Positions 18,997-26,007 of a stretch of 62,073 nt of DNA are shown piece by piece (the stretch's first letter is position 1; the number at the start of each line of letters is the position of its first letter). Below the pieces are notes generated by a model that was not told the origin of the DNA, did no database searches, and worked only from the letters and a program-made list of their open reading frames with translations. This DNA is from Candidatus Pacebacteria bacterium RIFOXYA1_FULL_38_18. Lineage in GTDB: Bacteria; Patescibacteriota; Microgenomatia; UBA1400; PJMF01. The DNA lies in assembly GCA_001787405.1 (NCBI GenBank), contig MFWV01000013.1, positions 1 to 62,073 on the forward strand, in the 5' to 3' direction. Made by a program: the position numbers and the translations under genes.

Positions 18997-19422
18997 TTAT
19001 TCTTGAATTTTGACACCCATACTGCGTGCTGTGCCCTTGATGGTTTTGATAGCCTGATCCAAATTATTAGTATTAAGATCCGGCATTTTTTTCTCTGCAA
19101 TTTGTTTTATTTGTTTGTTTGTCAGGGTCCCAACGACCTCGGTTTTGGGAGTGCTACTGCCTTTTTTGAGTTTTAATTCTTGTTTGATCAAATCAGAAAC
19201 TGGTGGCAGTTTGAGAACAAAATCAAAAGATTTGTCTTTATAGATAGTCAATTCAGCAGGAATAATTTGACCGCGTTGATCTTTGGTAGCGTCATTGTAC
19301 TGTTTCAAAAACTCCATCATGTTGATGCCAGCTCCGCCCAAAATAGGACCAATGGGAGGGGCGGGAGTAGCACTACCGGCTGGTAAATTGAGCTTAATGA
19401 TTTTTTCGACTTTTTTTGCCAT
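18997..19422 (-). CDS. rplK: 50S ribosomal protein L11
   Basis: MAKKVEKIIKLNLPAGSATPAPPIGPILGGAGINMMEFLKQYN. Confidence 0.95.
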   Translation of the reverse strand: MAKKVEKIIKLNLPAGSATPAPPIGPILGGAGINMMEFLKQYNDATKDQRGQIIPAELTIYKDKSFDFVLKLPPVSDLIKQELKLKKGSSTPKTEVVGTLTNKQIKQIAEKKMPDLNTNNLDQAIKTIKGTARSMGVKIQE

Positions 19423-19447
19423 GATTTTTATTCCAACTTATAATTTT

Positions 19448-20188
19448 TTAAACTTTTTGCACTTGTAAGAAGTCCATTTCTACTGGAGTTTCTCGACCAA
19501 AAATATTAATTAGTACTCTTACTTGACCTTTTTCTTCATCGATAGAATCAACCGTGCCCAAGAAATCAGCAAATGGTCCATCCGTAATCTTGATGGCTTC
19601 GCCTTCTGTGTAATCTGCTTTAAATTGAGGTTCGGCTTGAGCCATGTATTTTTGAATGGCTTCTACTTCATGACGGGGCAGGGGAGTAGGTTTGCTACTC
19701 ATTCCTACAAAGCCAGTCACTCCTTGTGTGGTACGCACTGCCAACCAGGCATCATCACTCATTTCCATGTTTACGAGCATGTAACCTGGGAAAATCTTTT
19801 CTTTGACAGTTTTGCGTTGACCTCGGCGAATCTGAATTTTTTCCTGAGTGGGAATCAAGACGGCCAAGATTTTCTTTGTTAATTGTAAAGTTTGAGCTCG
19901 TTGCTTGAGGGCTTCTGCCACCTTTTTTTCATGACCTGAATAGGCATGAACTACATACCAACGAGCCTTTTTATTTTCTGCTTTGGAAATGATTACCAAA
20001 TTGGGAGACTCTACTTGAACTTCTTGTTTTTCTGGCACTTCTAGAGCTTCTTCTTGAATAGTGTCTTCGGTTTTTTCTTCAGCCAAGTCTCCAGTATTTT
20101 CATCAATAGTTTCACTGATGATTTCATCGGTTGAAGCTGATTCTTGCAACTTTTCTTGATCAATTTGATTTTGTGTGTCGTCGGTCAT
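19448..20188 (-). CDS. nusG: transcription termination/antitermination factor NusG with acidic N-terminal extension
   Basis: RWYVVHAYSGHEKKV (NGN domain) and a KOW domain (GEAIKITDGPFADFLGTVDSIDEEKGQVRVLINIFGRETPVE). I start at ATG 20188, because the longer ORF-track version overlaps secE. Confidence 0.85.
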   Translation of the reverse strand: MTDDTQNQIDQEKLQESASTDEIISETIDENTGDLAEEKTEDTIQEEALEVPEKQEVQVESPNLVIISKAENKKARWYVVHAYSGHEKKVAEALKQRAQTLQLTKKILAVLIPTQEKIQIRRGQRKTVKEKIFPGYMLVNMEMSDDAWLAVRTTQGVTGFVGMSSKPTPLPRHEVEAIQKYMAQAEPQFKADYTEGEAIKITDGPFADFLGTVDSIDEEKGQVRVLINIFGRETPVEMDFLQVQKV

Positions 20189-20190
20189 AA

Positions 20191-20376
20191 TTACCTTTGT
20201 AAAATTGTTGCCATCATTCTTTGAAACACAGTGTCTAGTCCGCTGATATATAAAGCGACCAGAGTGGTAATACCTATTACTAGCAAGGTCAAGTTCGTTG
20301 TTTCTTGGCGATTTGGCCAAGAAACTTTTTTGAGTTCTTGCGCAACTTCCCGAAAGTATTGGAGCAGTTGTTTCAT
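20191..20376 (-). CDS. secE: preprotein translocase subunit SecE
   Basis: 61 aa. FREVAQELKKVSWPNRQETTNLTLLVIGITTLVALYISGLD. Located upstream of nusG. Confidence 0.8.
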   Translation of the reverse strand: MKQLLQYFREVAQELKKVSWPNRQETTNLTLLVIGITTLVALYISGLDTVFQRMMATILQR

Positions 20377-20495
20377 TAAAGTTTGGTTTTATTAATTACA
20401 GACAGGCTATTCTATCAGAAAGTGGCAAATCTTTCAGAAGTACTTTATGTAGTATACTGTTCTACGTTTCTATTATTAAGTATAATTAACGAATT

Positions 20496-21401
20496 ATGTT
20501 TGCACCAAATGAAGACCAAAAGGTTCGCAAAGCAATCATTACCGATGCTGGTTTTGCTAGCCGTTATTTACCAGTTACCAAAACTCTCCCCAAAGCCATG
20601 TTGCCATTTGGCAATAAGCCAATCATGCAATTTATAGTGGAAGAGTGTGTGGAGGCGGGTATCACTGAGATCATTATTGTTGCCACTCCAGAGGGAAAAC
20701 CAATTTATGAAGATTATTTTCACAACAGTGTAATTCGAATCAAAAAACAGCTAACCGCTCAAGGCAAATCAGAACGCTATGAACAAGTACAGAAAATTCT
20801 GGATTTTCCCAGCAAAATAACGGTTATTACTCAGGACGAAAGTTTGCCTTATGGAAATGGTGCTCCAGTTGCTTCTGCTCAAAAATATGTAGAGGGAGAA
20901 GAAGCATTTTTGGTACTTTATAGCGATGATGTGATGTTTGGCAATCAAGGTGATGCTAAAACTCTGGTTGATGCTTATGAAAAAAATCCAGGAGTAGAAG
21001 CAATTATTATGGCTCAAACAGTAGGTAAAGAAGTGGTAGATAAATATGGCATCATTTCCTTTAAAAAGAACTCCAAAAACGAACTAGATAACATTATTGA
21101 AAAACCTGATTTAGGTACGGAGCCTTCTCAGCTTGCTTCCTACGGTCGCTATCTTTTGAAACCTTCTATTTTCAAATTTTTAAACCCAATGGGCACTGGT
21201 AAAGATGGTGAATTATGGACTGTAGATGCTATTACTCAAGTAGCTAAAACAAAGAAAGTATTGGTAGAGCAAACTAATGGAGAATGGATGACTACCGGTG
21301 ATCCAGAAAATTATTTCCGCGCACATTTAAAATATGTTTTGGAGAAAGAAAAATACGGCAACAAAGTATTGAGTTGGTTAAACGAGTTCAAAAGTGTCTA
21401 A
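20496..21401 (+). CDS. UTP--glucose-1-phosphate uridylyltransferase-like nucleotidyltransferase
   Basis: KAIITDAGFASRYLPVTKTLPKAMLPFGNKPIMQFIVEECVEAGITEIIIV is a GalU-like N-terminus. Confidence 0.7.
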   Translation: MFAPNEDQKVRKAIITDAGFASRYLPVTKTLPKAMLPFGNKPIMQFIVEECVEAGITEIIIVATPEGKPIYEDYFHNSVIRIKKQLTAQGKSERYEQVQKILDFPSKITVITQDESLPYGNGAPVASAQKYVEGEEAFLVLYSDDVMFGNQGDAKTLVDAYEKNPGVEAIIMAQTVGKEVVDKYGIISFKKNSKNELDNIIEKPDLGTEPSQLASYGRYLLKPSIFKFLNPMGTGKDGELWTVDAITQVAKTKKVLVEQTNGEWMTTGDPENYFRAHLKYVLEKEKYGNKVLSWLNEFKSV

Positions 21402-21467
21402 AACGCTATTGATACATTGACAAAAAGTTGAAGTATAGTGCAAACAAAAAAAGCTGTGTAAATCGGC

Positions 21468-21498
21468 AAACACCTTTGTCTGTGAGGTGTTTTTTTTG
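21468..21498 (+). terminator. intrinsic terminator after the galU-like gene
   Basis: AACACCT (21469-21475), loop, AGGTGTT (21485-21491), followed by a T-run. Confidence 0.7.
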
Positions 21499-21579
21499 TT
21501 TTTTACCTCTGGAAAAGGACTTGCAACGTATTGTTTTTTACAGTAAGCTTAATAGTGATTCTGGCACTTTCACAATCAA

Positions 21580-21708
21580 GCGGGAGGGGTAAGAACATAT
21601 ATTTCCTCAACAGTTTGATAAAGGGCGATGAGGCGTACACTGATCCCGTGGGATTTGTGTCCTTCTACCCACCTGGAGTAATCCGGGGAACTGGTTCTGC
21701 CCCTCGCG
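21580..21708 (+). ncRNA. candidate structured small RNA; alternatively part of a 60-aa TTG-start ORF 21531..21713
   Basis: Long-range helices 21581-21596 / 21694-21708 and 21611-21615 / 21689-21693. Internal CTGGA-GUAA-TCCGG GNRA hairpin (21673-21686). Family not recognised. Confidence 0.25.
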
Positions 21709-21757
21709 TTTGATAGTGAAGTGTTATTTTTCCCTTGTCGATTGAGTTTTTCCTCTT

Positions 21758-21811
21758 ATAATGCGAAGCATTGTCAATAATGCGAAGCATTGTCAATAAT
21801 GCGAAGCATTG
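21758..21811. repeat. 2.8 tandem copies of a 19-bp unit ATAATGCGAAGCATTGTCA
   Basis: Exact copies at 21758-21776 and 21777-21795, and a partial copy at 21796-21811. Each holds the palindrome AATGC-GAA-GCATT. A degenerate fourth GCGAAGC lies at about 21834-21842. Confidence 0.9.
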
Positions 21812-21830
21812 AAGATTTTTGGAGAAAATG

Positions 21831-21858
21831 TTGTGCGAAGCAATAGCGCAGGTATAAT
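21831..21858 (+). promoter_or_regulatory. candidate promoter of the tRNA operon
   Basis: TTGTGC (21831-21836), 16 nt spacer, TATAAT (21853-21858). Confidence 0.4.
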
Positions 21859-21913
21859 ATGTGAATTCGCCATTCTTCTTGATCTTGAGTAAGGTAAAAT
21901 AAGATGGTGGAGT

Positions 21914-21980
21914 GTCTTTGTAACTTGGGTTGGTAGAATGCGTCCCGCCAAGGCGGGAAGGTCTCGGGTTACAATTGAAA
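21914..21980 (+). pseudogene. tRNA-Thr-derived tRNA-like remnant (no T-arm, 6-nt anticodon-type loop)
   Basis: GTCTTTGTAACTTGGGTTGGTAGAATGCG..AGGTCTCGGGTT aligns with the acceptor/D-arm and variable/T-stem start of tRNA-Thr(GGU) 76 nt downstream. The 3' half of the T-arm is missing. Confidence 0.45.
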
Positions 21981-21989
21981 AGTAAATAT

Positions 21990-22062
21990 GCCTTTGTAGC
22001 TCAGTTGGTAGAGCGCAGTCTTGGTAAGACTGAGGTCTCGGGTTCGATCCCCGACAAAGGCT
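21990..22062 (+). tRNA. tRNA-Thr (anticodon GGU)
   Basis: GCCTTTG/CAAAGGC acceptor stem, anticodon loop TTGGTAA, T-loop TTCGATC. Confidence 0.95.
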
Positions 22063-22102
22063 CATTTTCGAGTATACTTTCCAGTAGACTCGCCATAAAT
22101 AA

Positions 22103-22188
22103 GCCAGGATACCGAAGTGGTCAAACGGGGCAGTCTGTAAAACTGCTGGCATTAGCCTTCGTAGGTTCGAATCCTTCTCCTGGCACCA
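22103..22188 (+). tRNA. tRNA-Tyr (anticodon GUA), long variable arm, CCA encoded
   Basis: GCCAGGA/TCCTGGC acceptor stem, anticodon loop CTGTAAA, variable arm GGC-ATTA-GCC, 3' ACCA. Confidence 0.95.
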
Positions 22189-22208
22189 AGTTGAGTTTAA
22201 CTTAGATT

Positions 22209-22282
22209 GCCACCTTAGCTCAGTTGGCTAGAGCAACTGTTTTGTAAACAGTAGGTCCTGGGTTCGAGTCCCAGAGGTGGCT
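22209..22282 (+). tRNA. tRNA-Thr (anticodon UGU)
   Basis: GCCACCT/AGGTGGC acceptor stem, anticodon loop TTTGTAA, T-loop TTCGAGT. Confidence 0.95.
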
Positions 22283-22398
22283 CAGAAGAAAACAATGAAT
22301 CAGGATGATAAAATTTTTATCCAACCTCGATGAGTAATTCCAGAGGTGGTTCAAAATTTGGGTGTGATACAATATCACCTTGTATTTGAAGGATATAT

Positions 22399-22602
22399 AT
22401 GGCAAAAAAGAAAAAAGGACCCCGACAAATTGTTGGTTTACAATGCATTAAATGTAAGCAATTCGGTTATGTGACGGAATTCAATAAAGTCAATGAACAA
22501 CTCAAAAAGCAGACTAGCAACGAAGGAACTTTTCCGATTAGTAAATATTGCAAGCGTTGTAAAAAACACACTGAGCATAAAGCAATGAAGAAATTAAAAT
22601 AG
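22399..22602 (+). CDS. rpmG: 50S ribosomal protein L33 (Cys4 zinc-ribbon form, with internal insertion)
   Basis: MAKKKKGPRQIVGLQCIKCKQFGYVTEFNK...YCKRCKKHTEHKAMKKLK. Confidence 0.8.
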   Translation: MAKKKKGPRQIVGLQCIKCKQFGYVTEFNKVNEQLKKQTSNEGTFPISKYCKRCKKHTEHKAMKKLK

Positions 22603-22631
22603 GCTGGTCAACGAATAATAAAGTCTATTCG

Positions 22632-24047
22632 TTACTTAAGTTGAGCCTTCATTTCCTCAAAAGCCTTCAAAATATTTTTAGTTCCGTTTCGAAAATTAGG
22701 ATCTTCATTCTCTATTTTTTTAGTTTTTCGCATAGCTTCGGTAATCCAAGCTCCGTGAGAATTTTCCCGCATTAATTTTTCCAATTGTGGCAAGATATTT
22801 TCAATATCAGCTTTTCTAGCAACTTCATGAGCCATAAATTTGGCTCGAATATTATTTTCCCACTCACCCCATTCACTCAAGGTTAACAAGAAAGCTCCGC
22901 TAGCAACGGCGTCATAAGCCATATCACCAGAGGGTTTGGTAATAAAACCATCTGCCCAGGGGAAACCGTAATGAATGAGTAATTCATTGGCATCTATAAT
23001 TTGTGGGTGGTGAATAACGGCTAGTGGTTTGGTTATTTTTTCAGCCAATGTTGGGTGAAAATTAATTTTTGCCCCAATTTCAAATTCTGCAGGATCATAA
23101 GCTGAAATTTCGTCATAACCGCAACCGCAGCCACGAGAAATATCAATCACCATGTTTTTGATGTCATAGTGTGTGCCGGCATAAACCATTAATTGAAATT
23201 TAGGATTGGGTTTGGCCAATTCAGGCAAAAGTTGTTTTAAAATACTCTCAATCTCTTCTTTATTAGTACCTAAACCACCAGTGGTTAGACACAAGCGTAA
23301 AGGTCTATTACTAGCTTTGGTCCAAGCGCGTTTTTTTTCAGCGACATTGAGAATACGAGGATCAATGGGCGGACCGGTGACAATGACTCTTTGTTGAATT
23401 TTTGTTTCATCTACTTTTTTATCCATTTTATAGGCTTTGCGCATAAACTCTTCTTTGGTGTTTTCATCAAATACACAAAAAAAGGCTGTTGGCTTTTCAC
23501 TATTGGTTATGTATTCATCACGCACGTGTGGGTCAGTAATAACCTGCATCACGGTTTTCCCGTTTTCTAGTAAAATATTGCCGGCAGCGATATGAAAGGA
23601 CAAAATAGGATTCTTAATTTCTCTAGTAAAATGAAGCAATGGAGGAGTGATGCTAGCCAGAATAGGCATTTTTTGTCTACCAAATTTATCAACCAAGTTT
23701 TTGAGCATTTTTAGCGCATGATAACGAGCCACTAGACGACCAATAAGTTCAGTTATTTTTATTCCAGACCAGTTTTTGGCATGCACGTAATTTGTAGGAT
23801 CAAAAATCCAAGCTTCTTTTGGGTCAATTTTATTTTTCCAAGTAGTCATCGCCTGGGCAATAGTCATGGAATAATGAGCGCGGGAAAATACCAAATCTTT
23901 TTTCAAATCGTCCTCAGGCAAATTATGCAAGCCTTTGAGATCTTCATGATAGGTACCGGAAACAGTCACTAGAGGAACTTTGGTTTTGCGCAAATATTTT
24001 TTATCTAGTTTTTTTGTTTGACGCAGTAATTTATCTAAAGTTGTCAT
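22632..24047 (-). CDS. MGDG-synthase/UgtP-like (GT28) glycosyltransferase, tentative
   Basis: TTGGLGTNKEEIESILKQLL and FITKPSGDMAYDAVASGAFLL resemble the UgtP/MurG-type C-terminal domain. ATG 24047 is preferred over TTG 24083. Confidence 0.5.
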   Translation of the reverse strand: MTTLDKLLRQTKKLDKKYLRKTKVPLVTVSGTYHEDLKGLHNLPEDDLKKDLVFSRAHYSMTIAQAMTTWKNKIDPKEAWIFDPTNYVHAKNWSGIKITELIGRLVARYHALKMLKNLVDKFGRQKMPILASITPPLLHFTREIKNPILSFHIAAGNILLENGKTVMQVITDPHVRDEYITNSEKPTAFFCVFDENTKEEFMRKAYKMDKKVDETKIQQRVIVTGPPIDPRILNVAEKKRAWTKASNRPLRLCLTTGGLGTNKEEIESILKQLLPELAKPNPKFQLMVYAGTHYDIKNMVIDISRGCGCGYDEISAYDPAEFEIGAKINFHPTLAEKITKPLAVIHHPQIIDANELLIHYGFPWADGFITKPSGDMAYDAVASGAFLLTLSEWGEWENNIRAKFMAHEVARKADIENILPQLEKLMRENSHGAWITEAMRKTKKIENEDPNFRNGTKNILKAFEEMKAQLK

Positions 24048-24110
24048 ATGGTATAGATTAAAGGCTTTCCAAAACCAACGCAAGGGGAATGCGGTATAAT
24101 TGGCCTTCTA

Positions 24111-24181
24111 AGGCTCATGATGTAGTGGTAGCATGAGGGTCTCCAAAACCCTTCGCCTAGGTTCGAGTCCTAGTGAGCCTG
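24111..24181 (+). tRNA. tRNA-Trp (anticodon CCA)
   Basis: AGGCTCA/TGAGCCT acceptor stem, anticodon loop CTCCAAA, T-loop TTCGAGT. A TATAAT box lies at 24095-24100 upstream. Confidence 0.9.
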
Positions 24182-24250
24182 CAAGTGGATTAAAAGCTAT
24201 CTTTTTAATTCAAATAACATTTTTTGAACTGGGTATAATAAGTCTCATCT

Positions 24251-24778
24251 ATGGGAAAAATATATTTTGTTCGTCACGGGGAGAGCGAAGGAAATGTAAA
24301 ACATACATTTGCTGGTCAAAGAGAGAATACTCCATTAACTGAATTAGGTCGTCAACAGGCTAAACAAGCTGCGCTTGATCTATTAAATCATAACTTTAAA
24401 ATTGATCGAGTTATTACTTCACCACTTAAAAGAGCTTATGAAACAGCTCAAATAATAGCGAAAGAAGCCAAGTTGAGTTCTCAAATAGAAATTGATGAAA
24501 GAATATCCGAGTATGACATGGGTGAGTTAACGGGCACCACCTATCATAAAATTACTTCTGAAGAATTAGTTACGGCTAAAGGGGCAGAGGATCCGCATGC
24601 ATTTCAAAATCGTGTGCATGATTTGTTAAATGAGTTAGCCCAGGGAGACAAGAATGTGTTGATAGTTAGTCATGCTGGCGTGGGAAGAATAATTGAGGCA
24701 ACAAAGAAGAACCTAGATCCTAGAAATTTTTACGATCTTAATTCAATGCAAAATGCAAAAGTTATTGTGTTAGATTGA
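24251..24778 (+). CDS. histidine phosphatase (phosphoglycerate mutase) family protein
   Basis: IYFVRHGESEGN catalytic RHG motif. SHAGVGR later in the sequence. Confidence 0.8.
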   Translation: MGKIYFVRHGESEGNVKHTFAGQRENTPLTELGRQQAKQAALDLLNHNFKIDRVITSPLKRAYETAQIIAKEAKLSSQIEIDERISEYDMGELTGTTYHKITSEELVTAKGAEDPHAFQNRVHDLLNELAQGDKNVLIVSHAGVGRIIEATKKNLDPRNFYDLNSMQNAKVIVLD

Positions 24779-24861
24779 TTTCTAATTTGAGAAAGTAGGT
24801 TCTAACATCCTCCACTAGTTCCTGCAAAATGGGTTTAAAATATTAAAAAGCTTGTAATTTA

Positions 24862-25269
24862 TTATTTGCAAAATTGAAGTAACCACTCTGCATCTTTTTT
24901 ATTCTTAAAATCAGGTTTCGAAAGTAGCAACATTAATTGCTCTTTGCATTTTTCTGGTTCAGATTCCGCTATTTCGGTTAAAAAAAGACGAAAACTGTCG
25001 TTATCGTGCCCTTCTTGTTCATTAAGAAACAAGGCTTCAAACAATTCCGGTAGACATTCCGAACCACCAAGTTGGCTAACAGGTTCAGATAATAATTCTC
25101 TTGTCCAAAAATTATTTCTATCAGATTTTAAAAGTTCAAGTAATTGAGGTAAGTCTTTTTCAGAAGCAGATTCCTTTAGTCTACTAAATGCTTCGAGTTT
25201 CTGTTCCACGCTATATTTCTCGTCATCCGCCCACAGAATTTCTATTTCTTTATTAATTATTTCATTCAT
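24862..25269 (-). CDS. hypothetical HEAT-repeat-like protein
   Basis: DLPQLLELLKSDRNNFWTRELLSEPVSQLGGSECLPELFEAL is helical-repeat-like. No catalytic motif. Confidence 0.4.
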   Translation of the reverse strand: MNEIINKEIEILWADDEKYSVEQKLEAFSRLKESASEKDLPQLLELLKSDRNNFWTRELLSEPVSQLGGSECLPELFEALFLNEQEGHDNDSFRLFLTEIAESEPEKCKEQLMLLLSKPDFKNKKDAEWLLQFCK

Positions 25270-25331
25270 AAATCTTACTTACATTTTTAATATCTTTTAA
25301 TATTAACATAAATACGTATTTAGAGCGTAAA

Positions 25332-25381
25332 AAATTTCAATACCGTCCACTAATCCCTGTTTTGATATTTTTTGATACAAT
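25332..25381 (+). repeat. 50-bp promoter-containing repeat, copy 1
   Basis: AAATTTCAATACCGTCCACTAATCCCTGTTTTGATATTTTTTGATACAAT. Matches copy 2 at 44 of 50 positions. Confidence 0.8.
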
Positions 25382-25387
25382 TAGCAT

Positions 25388-25942
25388 ATGGATCCAGAAG
25401 AATTGAACTTCGAAACAATAAAAACAGAACACACTGCTTTTTATGCTAATTTCCTGGTTGCCCTGAGTGGTTTGCCTGCACAATATGATTTTGAGCGAGG
25501 ATGGGGCGTTCCCAAGATTGAACCAACGATTGATTATATTGGTTTATGTTTACTTGCAGAAATACTTCCAAAAGAAATGACAGCAAATACCTTTGCTGTT
25601 GAGCCTGATATTGAGGTTGATGGCATCATTCTTAAAGAATCTCCAGATATTAAAGAAATCAAGGTATTTTTTGAGGATGGTTATTTTGAAATAGATGTTA
25701 TTCCCCAAAAGGGCAATGAAGGCGACTCAGACTTGGCCACATATGAAGAAGTTTATTGGGTAATTTCGGGAGAGAAAGCTAGTCCAATCTTGATTGAACT
25801 GGTTAATCAAGATAATAAAACACGAACTGAAATACCAAAGTGTGAATATAGAAAACTACTGCAAAAGTGGGGTTTGTTGCGATTTTTTAAACAAGGGATA
25901 ACTCAATTACATCACCAACCACAGTTTGAAGAAAGTGAATAA
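25388..25942 (+). CDS. hypothetical protein
   Basis: 184-aa ORF. ATG lies 6 nt after the TACAAT of repeat copy 1. No motif recognised. Confidence 0.4.
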   Translation: MDPEELNFETIKTEHTAFYANFLVALSGLPAQYDFERGWGVPKIEPTIDYIGLCLLAEILPKEMTANTFAVEPDIEVDGIILKESPDIKEIKVFFEDGYFEIDVIPQKGNEGDSDLATYEEVYWVISGEKASPILIELVNQDNKTRTEIPKCEYRKLLQKWGLLRFFKQGITQLHHQPQFEESE

Positions 25943-25949
25943 TTTTTAT

Positions 25950-25999
25950 AAATTTCAACACACTCTACTAGTCCCTGCTTTGATATTTTTTGATACAAT
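25950..25999 (+). repeat. 50-bp promoter-containing repeat, copy 2
   Basis: AAATTTCAACACACTCTACTAGTCCCTGCTTTGATATTTTTTGATACAAT. Confidence 0.8.
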
Positions 26000-26007
26000 G
26001 TTTTTCT

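Noticed and set aside
19448-20320. 290-aa version of NusG starting at 20320.
   Set aside because: The first 44 codons overlap secE in another frame and look non-protein-like. ATG 20188 lies 2 nt after the secE stop and gives a sensible NusG.
21758-21811. CRISPR array.
   Set aside because: The 19-bp units are directly abutting with no spacers, there are only about 3 copies, and no cas genes are in the window. It is a plain tandem repeat.
21793-22405. ORFs 21793..22152(-), 21930..22205(+) and 22220..22405(-) from the ORF track.
   Set aside because: They run straight through three well-formed tRNA genes and the tRNA-like remnant. They are artefacts of stop-poor tRNA sequence.
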